Notes: generated from the sequence alone by a model not told the origin. DNA of 64,000 bases from Gemmatimonadota bacterium (GCA_034521595.1 JAXHMG010000003.1:2592001-2656000), one strand, 5' to 3'; positions 40,865 through 51,052 are shown, numbered from the stretch's first letter. Made by a program: numbers and translations.

Positions 40865-42621
40865 GCGGAAGCCGCGAAGACCCTTCCTTGCCGAGCTTCA
40901 CCCTACCCGAGTCCATCCCCCCGATCGGACACGAGGAGCCTGACCTGGCCGTCGCGGCGCCCGGCGCGTCCAGTGCCTTCCGACTCGACGGAGCGCGGGT
41001 CTCCGTCCACGGGACCGCCAACGGTCCCGTGACCGACGTCTGGATCGACGGGACCCGGGTCGCGGCCGAGCTCGACGGATGGGAGGGAGCCGTCGCGAAC
41101 ACCGTGACGTCGCCCGGCCGGATGCGCCGGGAGCGCGTCGGCAGGGTAGGCTCCGCGGAAGAGGTGTTCCTGGTCCCGCCGAGCCTACCGTTCGCGGCCT
41201 TCCAGTGGACCGGATCCGGAGCGGCACCACTCCGGCTGCGAGCCTGGCCCGACGCACCCGGGGTTCGCTACCGAATCGAGGACCGCACGCTGACGCTGGC
41301 GGCCGACGACTCCGATCGGCTGCTCGTGGTGGGACTCATGTCCGGGTCCGGGCAGTGGACCGTGCAGGATCATGCGGAAGGGGACGGCGTGCTCCTGGTC
41401 GCGAACGGATCCACCGCGCCTCGTACGCTTCTCCTCGCGCTCGGAACTCCTGATGCGCTCCGGACCGCGATGCGCAGCGCACGGCTCCTTGCGACGCACG
41501 AAGCCCCCGCGACGACCGGACCGGGCGTGGGCACGATGCGACTGCGGACGGGCGTGCGGGAGCTCGACGACGCGGTTGCCTGGATGAGCGGAAGGCTGCG
41601 ACACGGCGTGACAGGCAGCGGAACCCGCGCCACGCCCGCGCCCCTGGATCAGCGGGCCTGGCTTTGGGCCGGCCTGGCGGCAACGGCGACGGGCGACGAA
41701 GAGAGCGCCGAGCGTTGCGCCTCGATCCTCGAGCGACTGGCACCGGACGAAGAAGGCGCTCTGCTCGCGGGATCGATCGGATTGGCCACGGGGAAGAGCG
41801 GCCGAGCCGTCACGTGCGCCGAGCGGTTGCTCGATCCGGAGCTACCGCCTCCGGCCCCCCACGCTCCGGGCGCGGAGATGTTGCGTCGCCTCGCGCGCCA
41901 CAGACTCGCCGACGCACTTCGGTACGCGGCTCCGGAGGAGGTCTTGAGCCGGCTGCGGGAGGAACCCGTAGCCAGGGGCGGCGTCGGCCTGCCCACCGTC
42001 GGAACCCCACCTCCGAACCCGCCGAGCCTCGAGTCCTGGATCCGCTCGCTCGTTCGAGACATGCGCGGTCGAGCCGTTGACCGTGAAGATGTCGGAAGGG
42101 CCCTTCGGGCCTGGGCGGACACCTACACGAACATCGACGCGGGATGGGCTTCCTGGCGGTCACATGTCGGCGAAGGGCTCACGAACGGGCATCACGGCAT
42201 TGCCGCTTGGGACGGGCTCGATCGGGCGGGCCCACCGGCCGTGACCGGGCTGCTCCTGGCCGGTATGGCCTACGGATGGCTGGGGAGCGAACCCGACGCC
42301 CCCGTCGGCAGGCTCCGCTTGGCCCCCCGGATCCCCACACACGTCACGAGGTTCCACGTTTCGGGCATCCCCATCGGTGACGCTCGCGTCGCCCTGGCTT
42401 ATGAGCGGACGAACGGAACCTACCGGTTCGAGCTCGAGGTGGAACGGGGACGGGTGCCTCCCCTGGTCGCATTCGAGCCGACCCTCGGGTGCCGGGTGGA
42501 GCGGGTGCGTGTGGACGAAGCGCCGGCGGACCCCGAGATCACCCTTTCGGGAACGGGCACCACCATCCGGCTCCAGACCCCGCTCGACGCGAAGCGACGG
42601 ATCGAAGTCGACGCACGCTGA
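40861..42621 (+). CDS. Hypothetical protein, possibly degenerate (alpha/alpha)6 glycoside hydrolase-like
   Basis: Long coupled ORF. The C-terminal LG.EPDAP.GRLRLAP..P resembles amylo-alpha-1,6-glucosidase/GH65 tails. Confidence 0.55.
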   Translation: MSGSREDPSLPSFTLPESIPPIGHEEPDLAVAAPGASSAFRLDGARVSVHGTANGPVTDVWIDGTRVAAELDGWEGAVANTVTSPGRMRRERVGRVGSAEEVFLVPPSLPFAAFQWTGSGAAPLRLRAWPDAPGVRYRIEDRTLTLAADDSDRLLVVGLMSGSGQWTVQDHAEGDGVLLVANGSTAPRTLLLALGTPDALRTAMRSARLLATHEAPATTGPGVGTMRLRTGVRELDDAVAWMSGRLRHGVTGSGTRATPAPLDQRAWLWAGLAATATGDEESAERCASILERLAPDEEGALLAGSIGLATGKSGRAVTCAERLLDPELPPPAPHAPGAEMLRRLARHRLADALRYAAPEEVLSRLREEPVARGGVGLPTVGTPPPNPPSLESWIRSLVRDMRGRAVDREDVGRALRAWADTYTNIDAGWASWRSHVGEGLTNGHHGIAAWDGLDRAGPPAVTGLLLAGMAYGWLGSEPDAPVGRLRLAPRIPTHVTRFHVSGIPIGDARVALAYERTNGTYRFELEVERGRVPPLVAFEPTLGCRVERVRVDEAPADPEITLSGTGTTIRLQTPLDAKRRIEVDAR

Positions 42622-42633
42622 GACGGACCCGGC

Positions 42634-42876
42634 TCAGTGCCGCCGCTTTCTACCCTTCACCTTGGGTGGGGCGACGCTCTCGTCGAGGTATCCGTGCTCG
42701 ATGAGCAGCTGATAAAGGCGCGTCTCGCGCTCGGGTAGCTGCGTCTTCGCGACTTCGCGGGCGAACTCCACACGGTGGATTTCCGACATATCGTCGAGGA
42801 TCGCGATCGGAGCGCCGTAACGCAAAAGGATGCGCTTCGCGTCGACGGTTACGGGATCACTCACGATACCCACCAT
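42634..42876 (-). CDS. Small conserved-type hypothetical protein with basic tail
   Basis: AGG RBS; protein-like composition; ends KGRKRRH. Confidence 0.6.
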   Translation of the reverse strand: MVGIVSDPVTVDAKRILLRYGAPIAILDDMSEIHRVEFAREVAKTQLPERETRLYQLLIEHGYLDESVAPPKVKGRKRRH

Positions 42877-42951
42877 CCTGCTTGCGAGGGGGATGTTATA
42901 GCTGAAAAACGAGGAAACATAACATGTTACGTGTCCGGCTCCAACGCGCCC

Positions 42952-43389
42952 TCAGTGCATCGCGGGCTCGTTCTCTCCGTCCTCGTCCGGCTCGACGAGC
43001 CCCGAGGGCACCACCAGTGGTCCGTTCAGGTGGAAGCGGGGAACCTCCACCCGAAACCTTTCTCCCGTGGGCCGCGCGAAAGTGTAATACCCTTCCATGT
43101 AGCCCGCCGGTGAGCGGAGCACGCAATAGCTCCGGTACTCGTGAGCGTCTCCGGGCCGCAGGCAGGGCTGCTCTCCGACCACGCCCTCGCCGTCGACCTC
43201 CGCGTCCTCACCCACGGAGTCGTGGATGAGCCAGTGGCGAAAGAGGAGCGTCGCGGGCGTTTCCCCCTCGTTCTCCATGCTGATGTGGTAGGAGAAAACG
43301 AAAGTCCCGTCGGCCGGATCGGAGTCCGCCAGGGAGAAACGCGGGCTCACCTGTATCTTGATGCCCTGGGTGGCTCTCTCGTATTGCAT
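42952..43389 (-). CDS. apaG: ApaG protein
   Basis: FVFSY.I...N, LLFRHWLI, VDGEGVVGEQP, Y.S.C.L.SP.G.MEG.Y. Confidence 0.95.
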   Translation of the reverse strand: MQYERATQGIKIQVSPRFSLADSDPADGTFVFSYHISMENEGETPATLLFRHWLIHDSVGEDAEVDGEGVVGEQPCLRPGDAHEYRSYCVLRSPAGYMEGYYTFARPTGERFRVEVPRFHLNGPLVVPSGLVEPDEDGENEPAMH

Positions 43390-43414
43390 GAAGATCCCGT
43401 CGGAGTTCGAAAGA

Positions 43415-43915
43415 TCACAGTCGCTCGATGACGACTGTATGCGTATTACCCGACGAGAAGAGAATCGAGCCTCCGAGGAACTGGGAGACCGCGTTGTTGA
43501 GGTCGTCGGCATCGGTCGTCACCGACACCGCGATCAGGGCCTGAGTCGTGGGGTCACCCGGGAGCCCGCTCGGAAAGTCCAACCGCTCGTAATCCAACTC
43601 GTAGCCGTTACCCTGGAAGGTGAAGCCGTCGGGCAGGTATTCCACGAGCCCGGGCGGGACCACACCGGCGTTCGTATCCGCGGGCCAACGAAGGCTGTCC
43701 GCCTGGAACTGCGCGGCGGCGATCCGCACGACATCGACATCCGCCGCGACCTCCGTCGCTCGCGCCCGCATGACGACCGTGCGCATGTTCGGGATCGCGA
43801 GGCCCGCGAGGATCCCGATGATCGATACGACGACCAGCAGCTCGACCAACGTGAAGCCGCCGTCGGCTCGCTTCGAACGCATCCGTCGCACATCGACGCT
43901 TCGCTGCACGCTCAT
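43415..43915 (-). CDS. Type IV pilin/pseudopilin-like protein
   Basis: G|FTLVELLVVVSIIGILAGLAIP class III signal. Start overlaps the upstream stop (alternative 43882). Confidence 0.88.
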   Translation of the reverse strand: MSVQRSVDVRRMRSKRADGGFTLVELLVVVSIIGILAGLAIPNMRTVVMRARATEVAADVDVVRIAAAQFQADSLRWPADTNAGVVPPGLVEYLPDGFTFQGNGYELDYERLDFPSGLPGDPTTQALIAVSVTTDADDLNNAVSQFLGGSILFSSGNTHTVVIERL

Positions 43916-44430
43916 CCCCCTCGGACTCTCGCGCCCAGGTTGAGCTCGGCGGCCCAGTCGGCCAGGGATTCCGTCGAGTCGTACACGACCGTCTCCTCTC
44001 CGACCGAGCCGACCAGCTGATAGTCGCCGCCTCCTCGCACGAAGTACTCGACGCCGTTGCCGGTGTTGACGCCGGTGTCTTCGAGCTGTTCCGGCAAGCT
44101 TCCGTTCTCGGCTCGGTACGCTTCGATCTGGGACGCGGTGACGTACATCGCGGTACGTAGGCCCAGGAGCTGCTCCTCCGGCGGAGGTGGCTCGATCGGG
44201 TTGAGCACGACCCACGCCGGCGGAGCGATCAGGAGGTAGACCGCGAGCACCCCGAGGTTGATGCCCAGGGGCAGCATCCACTTGGATTGCGACCGCCGCT
44301 TCTGCTTCGCGCGAGAGGCTTCGTCCCGCTGCGCCGCATGCTGGAGCACCTCCGCCAGGGTATCGGCCGTCTCCTTGCCGGAGCCGACGTCCTTGGCATG
44401 GTACGGCCGAACCTCGTCCTGATCGCTCAT
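43912..44430 (-). CDS. Membrane-anchored hypothetical protein with pseudopilin-like C-terminal domain
   Basis: One TM helix; IEAYRAENGSLPEQLED resembles the GspG-like helix; no prepilin cleavage motif. Confidence 0.6.
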   Translation of the reverse strand: MSDQDEVRPYHAKDVGSGKETADTLAEVLQHAAQRDEASRAKQKRRSQSKWMLPLGINLGVLAVYLLIAPPAWVVLNPIEPPPPEEQLLGLRTAMYVTASQIEAYRAENGSLPEQLEDTGVNTGNGVEYFVRGGGDYQLVGSVGEETVVYDSTESLADWAAELNLGARVRGG

Positions 44431-44592
44431 CGACGGTGGAATGAATGCTCGGAATGGGAGAGGAGTCCGACAGCCGGCGCACCGACCGACCCCGTGATGA
44501 TATCCGTGATCGCCTCACGGGGACAGATGTTCGAAGGGATCGCCGGAGCCGACGCACTCGACGGTGTTCGCGGCGTGACCTAACTTCGAAGC

Positions 44593-45270
44593 ATGAGCAG
44601 CCGCGCGCTATCCCGGTCGGAAGAGGACTACCTGAAGGCCATATACGGCCTTTCCGAGTCCGGTGACCCCGCCTCCACCACCGCGATCGCAACGGTTCTG
44701 GACATCCAGCCGGCGTCCGTGACGGGAATGATCAAGCGCATGGCGGAAACCGGGCTCCTCGAGCACATCCCCTACCGTGGCGTCCGGCTCACCGGTCGGG
44801 GCACGAAGGAAGCGCTCCGGGTCCTCCGCCGACACCGGATCCTGGAAACCTACCTGTGCGAACGGCTGGGCTTCTCGTGGGACGATGTGCACGCGGAAGC
44901 CGAGCGTCTCGAGCACGCGGCGTCCGACAGGCTAATCGAGCGGATGGCGGCCGCGTTGGAATTTCCCCACTACGATCCCCACGGCGCACCGATTCCCACA
45001 AAGGGCGGAAAGATCGAGCCGGCCGACCCCGCCACACTCGCCGACGCACGCAGGGGTGACCGCGTCAGGGTGCGCGCGGTACGCGACGAGGATGGCGAGA
45101 CGCTTCGCTTGATCGCCGACGAAGGTCTGCTCCCGGGTGTCCGGGTCGAGATCCGGGAGCGGCGTCTGGGAGAGGGCGCGATCGCCGTGAGCCTGGGGGA
45201 AGACACCGCGGTCCGGTCCATCGAGCGCGAGCTCGCCCGCCAGATCTACGTGGTGCCGGACGAAGACTGA
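44593..45270 (+). CDS. DtxR/MntR family metal-dependent regulator with FeoA-like domain
   Basis: SEEDYLKAIY, PASVTGMIKR, RRHRILETYL, VHAEAERLEH, DPHGAPIP. Confidence 0.95.
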   Translation: MSSRALSRSEEDYLKAIYGLSESGDPASTTAIATVLDIQPASVTGMIKRMAETGLLEHIPYRGVRLTGRGTKEALRVLRRHRILETYLCERLGFSWDDVHAEAERLEHAASDRLIERMAAALEFPHYDPHGAPIPTKGGKIEPADPATLADARRGDRVRVRAVRDEDGETLRLIADEGLLPGVRVEIRERRLGEGAIAVSLGEDTAVRSIERELARQIYVVPDED

Positions 45271-45292
45271 GCATCCGCCACGGGCATGGCGC

Positions 45293-46255
45293 TCACGACG
45301 ACCCCCGACACGGTGGGAGCGCGGCGGCCGGACCCGAGGGACCCACGAATACTCCGAAGCGTCGCATGACGACGGACGCGAAGACCCCGGTACCGTCCCC
45401 CCGGACGCTGGGAACGCGGATCTGTCCGGACGGATTGAAGTTTCCACCCCGAGCCCAATCCACGTAGTTCCGGTCCGCCGCGCTGATGCCCACCGTCGCC
45501 TGAGTCCCCTCGGGAAGCCCTTGTTGAAGCCGCACGGTCAGGTCCTGGTCGAGGTCGAAGCGATCGAAGACGCCGAACTCGCCTGGAAAAACGATCGTCG
45601 TGTCCGATGCCGAGAGGGACAGCCCCAGCAAGTAGAGCTCGTCCGGCGCCTCGATTCCCTCGTCGCCGAGCGCCACGTCCAGGCCGTCGATGCGGGTCTC
45701 GTTCACGTACGCACGCGCACCGTCGGATGGCGTCCAACGGACCTCGAACGGAGTGTTCGGCGGAAGGGCACAGTCGGACGCTTCCCCCTCGACCCGGAAC
45801 GTCCCGGGGATGCGGGTGCGACCCTCCAGCGTGCGTCCGTCCGGCAGACGGACATCCAGCTCGAGCTCGTCCCCGCTCCTCAGACCGACCGCCGCGACCC
45901 CGGCGTCGTAACACACGCCCGGACGCTCACGGCGGGGGTCGCTCACGCACTCGTCGAGCTCGGCGCGCTCGAGGCGAAACCGGACGCCGTCCGCGGGTCG
46001 CCTCACGGTCACGCTCGCGCGACGGAGCACGGACGGATCGCCCCCGGCCCCTCGTGTTCGTCCCAGAAAGACCCAGAGCCGGTTCTGTACCCCCGGGTCA
46101 CGGCCCGGCACGCCCACGAGCGCGTACGCCTCGGCGACGATCACGTCCTCCGCTTCGACGACGGTCACCTCCTGAAGCTCGCAGCCCATCAAGAGCAAAG
46201 CGCCTAAGCCTCCGAGGAGCATCCCTCGCCGAGTACACCGCCGGGAATTCGTCAA
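45293..46255 (-). CDS. DUF4249-like lipoprotein partner of a TonB-dependent receptor
   Basis: Lipobox LLLMG-C; C-terminal SVRG...GVFAS; start overlaps the TBDR stop. Confidence 0.7.
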   Translation of the reverse strand: MTNSRRCTRRGMLLGGLGALLLMGCELQEVTVVEAEDVIVAEAYALVGVPGRDPGVQNRLWVFLGRTRGAGGDPSVLRRASVTVRRPADGVRFRLERAELDECVSDPRRERPGVCYDAGVAAVGLRSGDELELDVRLPDGRTLEGRTRIPGTFRVEGEASDCALPPNTPFEVRWTPSDGARAYVNETRIDGLDVALGDEGIEAPDELYLLGLSLSASDTTIVFPGEFGVFDRFDLDQDLTVRLQQGLPEGTQATVGISAADRNYVDWARGGNFNPSGQIRVPSVRGDGTGVFASVVMRRFGVFVGPSGPAAALPPCRGSS

Positions 46256-48633
46256 AACCGGACCTCCAAGCCCACCGTCGGCAGGACGGGGAACATCGAG
46301 ACCCCCGAGCGCACGGGAGGGTCGTCCTCGTAGTCGAAGGAGTAGAAGAGGACGTTCTTCTGGTTGTAGGCATTCACCAGGTTGACATAGGGGACGAGCG
46401 TGCCCCACGACTTCGTCATCGATTTCCTGAAGCTCAGATCGAGACGGTGGTAGGTGGGGTAGCGGGACTGGTTACGATCTCCCAGCTGCACCGCGAACCC
46501 GGGATCGAAGGATCCGTCGTCCCCGTCGGAGCCCGACCAGCGCAAGCGCCCGCCGTCGTCCACGAAGCGGGGCGTGTGGTAGGCGTACGTGCCTACCGGT
46601 CGGGTGAACGGCGTGCCCGTCCCCACGTTGAGGCGCACGCCCCCCTCCCACCCCCAGGGCGCCGGATAGCGGAGGACGAGGTCCATATCAAGGCGGCGAT
46701 CGAAGACCGGCGGGTAGGTGATCTCGGGGCGGGGCTCGACCGCCGAGAACGGGTCGGCGAAGGTGCGGTCGGCCTCGAGAAGGGACACCGCAAGCCACCC
46801 GGTCACGTCTCCGCGCTCACGCCTGAGGAAGAGATCCACGCCCCGAGAGGTTCCACGACCCTCGAGAATATCATCGAGCTCGTCGTTGGGGTCGTCCGCT
46901 GGATTGAACGCCACCACTCCGTCGAAGTCGCGCAGGTAGCCCTCCACCGACCAGAACCAGTTCGATCCGAGGTAACCCTCGACCCCGACCTGGAGCTGAT
47001 CCGAGACGAGGTGTGGAGCCCGGGCCCCCGCCAGGATCCAGATGTCGAGCCCGAGCGGGAGCTCCTCGTCCCGGAGCGAATGCAGGAACTGTGTATACCG
47101 GCCCGCGGCGACTTTCACCGCCGTCTCGCCCCCGCCCATGAAGCGCTTCAATGCCACCCGTGGCGAAACCGCCACGGTCGGGGACCCCGGGTCGGGAATC
47201 CAGGTGTCGGCTCGCACGCCGGACTCCAGCAGCCAGGCGTTCGGACGGCTCCACGTGGCCTTGAGGTACGATCCGACCAACGAACCGGTGCCCTCTCCTC
47301 CCGAGAACCGCGTCCCTCCGCTCACGAAGCGGTTGTCGTAGGCCATCCGCTCGAGGCCGACACCGGCGCCCACGCGCCATCGGGCAGTCGGCCGCGTGTC
47401 GAGATCCGCCCGGAGCTGAGCCTGCCGGATACGGCTCTGGAAATCCGTATCAGCGAAATCCGGGAACTGAAGGCCGGTCGCGAAACGGCTCATGTTGGCA
47501 TGGAGGCTCAGAGAGCCTCCGCCTCGGCGGGGATGGCGCCACCGAAGCCCCACGAGATCGTTGCCCCAGTCCCAATCCACCCGCAGGGGGAAGTCGTCCG
47601 CGTCGAGGCGGGTCAGGTCGAGCACGTCCCTGCCGGAATAGGCCGTCAACGTGAGCTGGTTTCCCGCCTGCGACCACCCCTCCAGAACAGTTTGAAAATC
47701 GGTGAGATGGTAGGGAAACTCGAACAACGGCTTGAGGAGCACGTCGAAGTACGAGCGTCGGGCGGACGCACGATACCGCACGCTCGACTGTCCCAACGCT
47801 TCCGCCGCTCCGGTGGGCAGCCCTCCGCCCACCGCGGCCCTGCTCGCGAGCAGCGAGAGCCCGGCATCCACCGAGGTGGCTCCGTCCCCCACGTCGCTTT
47901 CGATCTCGAGCACCGACGAAACCCGCCCACCATGCTCCGCGCCGAATCCTCCCGATGAAAGCTCGACCCGCTCGATCAGGTCGGCGTTGAAGACCGAGAA
48001 GAGACCGCCCAGGTGAAAGGGGCTGAAGATCGGCGCCCCGTCGAGGAGGATGAGGTTCTGGTCCTGAGAGCCCCCACGCACGTGGAACGAAGCGGAGAAG
48101 TCCGAAGTCGACACCACGCCCGGAAGGACTTCGATCGCGCGAACGGGGTCGGTCTCGGCGACTCCCGGGATGCCGCGCATCTGCGCCAGATCCATTTCAC
48201 GCACGGTCACCCCGGCGACTTCCTCGAACCGCGCGCGCTCGCGGCTCCGCTCCGCCTCCACGGAGAGCCCCTCGAGCTCGATGGCCCGGGCGGAAAGAGC
48301 GATCTCGAGATCCACCGTCTCCCCCGGCTCGACGTCGACGACCGACGTGTGTTCCGCGAACCCCAGCGCGGTCACCTCCAACGCATGAGCGCCCGCCGGG
48401 ACCGTGGGAAAGCGAAACGAGCCGAGCCGTCCGGATACGACGGAACGGGTGGTCCCGTCCGAGGCTTCGAGCCGCACCGCGGCTCCCACCACCGCCACGC
48501 CCTCACCGTCGTGAACCCGCCCCTGCACGATGCCGGCCTGGGCCGAGACGGCACCTCCCGACGGCCACACGCCCACCGCGAGAAGAACCACCACGACAGC
48601 TCCCGGGGTCCGGTATCGGGACCTCACGCACAT
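46252..48633 (-). CDS. TonB-dependent receptor
   Basis: Signal peptide, carboxypeptidase-like domain, LPGV...HVRGG..DQNLILLDG, GGRVSSV, YHRLDL, terminal F. Confidence 0.93.
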   Translation of the reverse strand: MCVRSRYRTPGAVVVVLLAVGVWPSGGAVSAQAGIVQGRVHDGEGVAVVGAAVRLEASDGTTRSVVSGRLGSFRFPTVPAGAHALEVTALGFAEHTSVVDVEPGETVDLEIALSARAIELEGLSVEAERSRERARFEEVAGVTVREMDLAQMRGIPGVAETDPVRAIEVLPGVVSTSDFSASFHVRGGSQDQNLILLDGAPIFSPFHLGGLFSVFNADLIERVELSSGGFGAEHGGRVSSVLEIESDVGDGATSVDAGLSLLASRAAVGGGLPTGAAEALGQSSVRYRASARRSYFDVLLKPLFEFPYHLTDFQTVLEGWSQAGNQLTLTAYSGRDVLDLTRLDADDFPLRVDWDWGNDLVGLRWRHPRRGGGSLSLHANMSRFATGLQFPDFADTDFQSRIRQAQLRADLDTRPTARWRVGAGVGLERMAYDNRFVSGGTRFSGGEGTGSLVGSYLKATWSRPNAWLLESGVRADTWIPDPGSPTVAVSPRVALKRFMGGGETAVKVAAGRYTQFLHSLRDEELPLGLDIWILAGARAPHLVSDQLQVGVEGYLGSNWFWSVEGYLRDFDGVVAFNPADDPNDELDDILEGRGTSRGVDLFLRRERGDVTGWLAVSLLEADRTFADPFSAVEPRPEITYPPVFDRRLDMDLVLRYPAPWGWEGGVRLNVGTGTPFTRPVGTYAYHTPRFVDDGGRLRWSGSDGDDGSFDPGFAVQLGDRNQSRYPTYHRLDLSFRKSMTKSWGTLVPYVNLVNAYNQKNVLFYSFDYEDDPPVRSGVSMFPVLPTVGLEVRF

Positions 48634-48957
48634 CCTCCATACTCAGGCGAGAAGGGGACCCGGCGCGCTCGTCCGCACGCCGGATTCCGCTCGAACAAAA
48701 AGTGGATACACGCGAAGCACGGCCGATGATCATTCGGAGCCGAGCTTCGGGGCCACGGTCCGGAAGAGCCCGAGCGGACCGGCACCGCGCCAACCCGCAC
48801 GCCGAGGACCCGTCCTCCGAGGAAGATCACTCCACACCGACGTCTCGGCGCGCCTCGCCGGCTCACGAGACGCTGGACACACCGCCCCCCCGAGCCATCA
48901 TTAGGGAGGCGGCACGAGGGACACGGCCGGGCGCCGCGGCGAACTTCAGGAGGCCCC

Positions 48958-49134
48958 TTGGATCAGATCATCGACTTCCTGCTCGCGCACCCGATCGTGC
49001 TCTTCCCGATCCTGGTGGTCGTGGCGATGGTCGTCTTCGCGCTTCTCAAGAAGCTGTTGAAGGTGGCCGCGGTGTTGGCGATCGCCGGGGTGCTCTACGT
49101 GTTGTTCTTCGAGTACTTCGGTCCGGGCCTCTGA
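48958..49134 (+). CDS. Small 58-aa two-TM membrane protein (absent from the ORF track)
   Basis: AGGAGG at 48948-48953, TTG start; MDQIIDFLLAHPIVLFPILVVVAMVVFALLKKLLKVAAVLAIAGVLYVLFFEYFGPGL. Confidence 0.8.
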   Translation: MDQIIDFLLAHPIVLFPILVVVAMVVFALLKKLLKVAAVLAIAGVLYVLFFEYFGPGL

Positions 49135-49183
49135 TGCCGGTGGGCGGGCGGGCGGCCGGCTGGTCCCCGACGGACCGCGGCCC

Positions 49184-49999
49184 TCAGAACGCGAGCCTCC
49201 GGGTGATGTTGAAGCCCAGACGCCACTCGTCCGGCGTGAACTCGGCCGCGCTCCCTCCCAGCACCTGACTCTGATTCATCCGGATCTGGTTCGTGAGCAC
49301 GACCTTGAAGAAGTGTCCGCGCGTCCGCAGCTCGACCCCGAACGTGCCGGTATCGAACTGCTGGCCCCGCCGCGCTTCGCTCACGATCCACTCCCCGAGG
49401 ATGTTCACGTTGGCCGTGAGGGCGACGTGCCCGTGGAGGCCGAGCACGAAGGCGTCGTCCGCCTCCACGTCCCGGATGCGGGGGTTGCGTAGATAGGTCG
49501 GCACGAGCCCCACGGCGGCACGCTCTCCGAGTCCCGCATCGAGCACGAGCTGGGCGTAGAGCTGCGCCTCGTTGTCTTCGGCGCCTTGCACGAGCGCCGG
49601 CGACGTATTCCACGCCACGGCCCCCTTTCCACCCAAGGCGAGCGGCAGCTCCTCGGAGCCACCACGCCACAGCCGCCCCTGCACACCCAACTCCAGGTTG
49701 TCCTCGAGATTACTCCGCGTGACGCCGACCATGGCCCGGTCGGAGACGGCGTAGGCGAGCCCGAGTCGATTGATGACCGGACCGTCGAGGCCCCACAGGG
49801 CCCCGGCCCCGTCCGCGACGCGCGGAGTGAAGCGGTGGGAGATCTCGAAAAGGAGATCACCCTGGGGCACGGTCGTGGCGGTGGGAAGGTTGGCGGCGTG
49901 GGAGGACTGGAACACCTGCCCGGCTCCGGAGACGGGGCTCCAGAGCGCGAACAGCAATACAGAAAAGACCGGAAGCCGACGGGTCATGAGCGCCTCCAA
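49184..49999 (-). CDS. DUF5777-like outer-membrane beta-barrel
   Basis: NLPT, FEISHRF, WGLDG, TRGHFFK..LTN, LGFNITR; signal peptide. Confidence 0.8.
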   Translation of the reverse strand: MEALMTRRLPVFSVLLFALWSPVSGAGQVFQSSHAANLPTATTVPQGDLLFEISHRFTPRVADGAGALWGLDGPVINRLGLAYAVSDRAMVGVTRSNLEDNLELGVQGRLWRGGSEELPLALGGKGAVAWNTSPALVQGAEDNEAQLYAQLVLDAGLGERAAVGLVPTYLRNPRIRDVEADDAFVLGLHGHVALTANVNILGEWIVSEARRGQQFDTGTFGVELRTRGHFFKVVLTNQIRMNQSQVLGGSAAEFTPDEWRLGFNITRRLAF

Positions 50000-50067
50000 T
50001 ACGCGGGGTACACGGTTTCGTCACCCCTCAAAGCTCAGTCTTGAAAGCTTGAAGCGCTACCGCGCCG

Positions 50068-50928
50068 TTACCTCCATTCTTCGGCGTGGTCCTGCGCGAA
50101 CGTGCGGAACGAGCGAGCGGGGCGGTGCAGAACCTCCTCGATCTCCTCGCTCACCGAGGCTCGGACACCGGCACGAACCGCTTGGTAGAGCGCGATGACC
50201 ACCCCCGCCACTTCCGGCGACCATCCGGCACCGGTGAGCCACCCGAGCATCTCTTCGTCGGAGCAGCTCTCGAATCGAATCTGCCGACCGGAGACCTCGG
50301 AGAGGACCTCGGCCATCTCATGGTGCGTCAGCGCCTCCGGTCCCGTCAGCGTATAGGCCCGGCCCATGTGCTCGGACCCCGTGAGCGCCACCGCGGCAAC
50401 CGCCGCGACATCCCGCCCGTCGACCATGCTCACCGCGGCGTCTCCGACCGGCATGGCGAACACACCGGTCCCGCGAATGCGCTCGCCGAGAAAATCTCTC
50501 TGGAAGTTCTGCATCAGCAGGTTCGGGCGCAGGAACGTGTAGTCCACACCCAAGGAAGCCACGTGCTTCTCGAGTCGACGGATGGGCAGGTCTCCTCGGA
50601 CCTCCATGCCCATCGCCGAGAGCGCGACGACGTGCTCGGTCCCCGCCTGCACGGCCCAATCCAGAAGCGGTGCGAGCGTGTCGTAGGCGTCCGAAGAGAA
50701 GGGGGGCGGCTGAAGAAATACACGGTCGGCCCACTCCACGGCCGCATCGAACGTGGCGGGCTGACGGTAGTCCAGCTCCACGACTTCGACCTCGGGATCG
50801 AACAGGTCCCGGGCGAGCGCGGGGTTGCGAGTGCCGGCCTTCACCTCGACGCCCTCGTCGACGAGAAGCCCTACGAGTTCCGAACCGACGATGCCGGTGG
50901 CACCGGTGACGAGAATACGATCGCTCAT
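50068..50928 (-). CDS. NmrA-like atypical SDR oxidoreductase
   Basis: ILVTGATGIVG, LRPN..MQN, VDGRDVA, YTLTGPEAL. Confidence 0.92.
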   Translation of the reverse strand: MSDRILVTGATGIVGSELVGLLVDEGVEVKAGTRNPALARDLFDPEVEVVELDYRQPATFDAAVEWADRVFLQPPPFSSDAYDTLAPLLDWAVQAGTEHVVALSAMGMEVRGDLPIRRLEKHVASLGVDYTFLRPNLLMQNFQRDFLGERIRGTGVFAMPVGDAAVSMVDGRDVAAVAAVALTGSEHMGRAYTLTGPEALTHHEMAEVLSEVSGRQIRFESCSDEEMLGWLTGAGWSPEVAGVVIALYQAVRAGVRASVSEEIEEVLHRPARSFRTFAQDHAEEWR

Positions 50929-51052
50929 ACCCCGGACGATAGCGAGAACGGACGCCCGAAGGCAACGCGCAGGGAGCTGACCTGCGCTCCGAGCTCACCG
51001 TCCGAGATCCGGCGGACGGGCCTCCCTCTGGCAAGCGTGACCGGAGACCGAG

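Noticed and set aside
44560-44592. DtxR-type operator upstream of the metal regulator
   Set aside because: Only a half-site (ACCTAA) with no convincing dyad.
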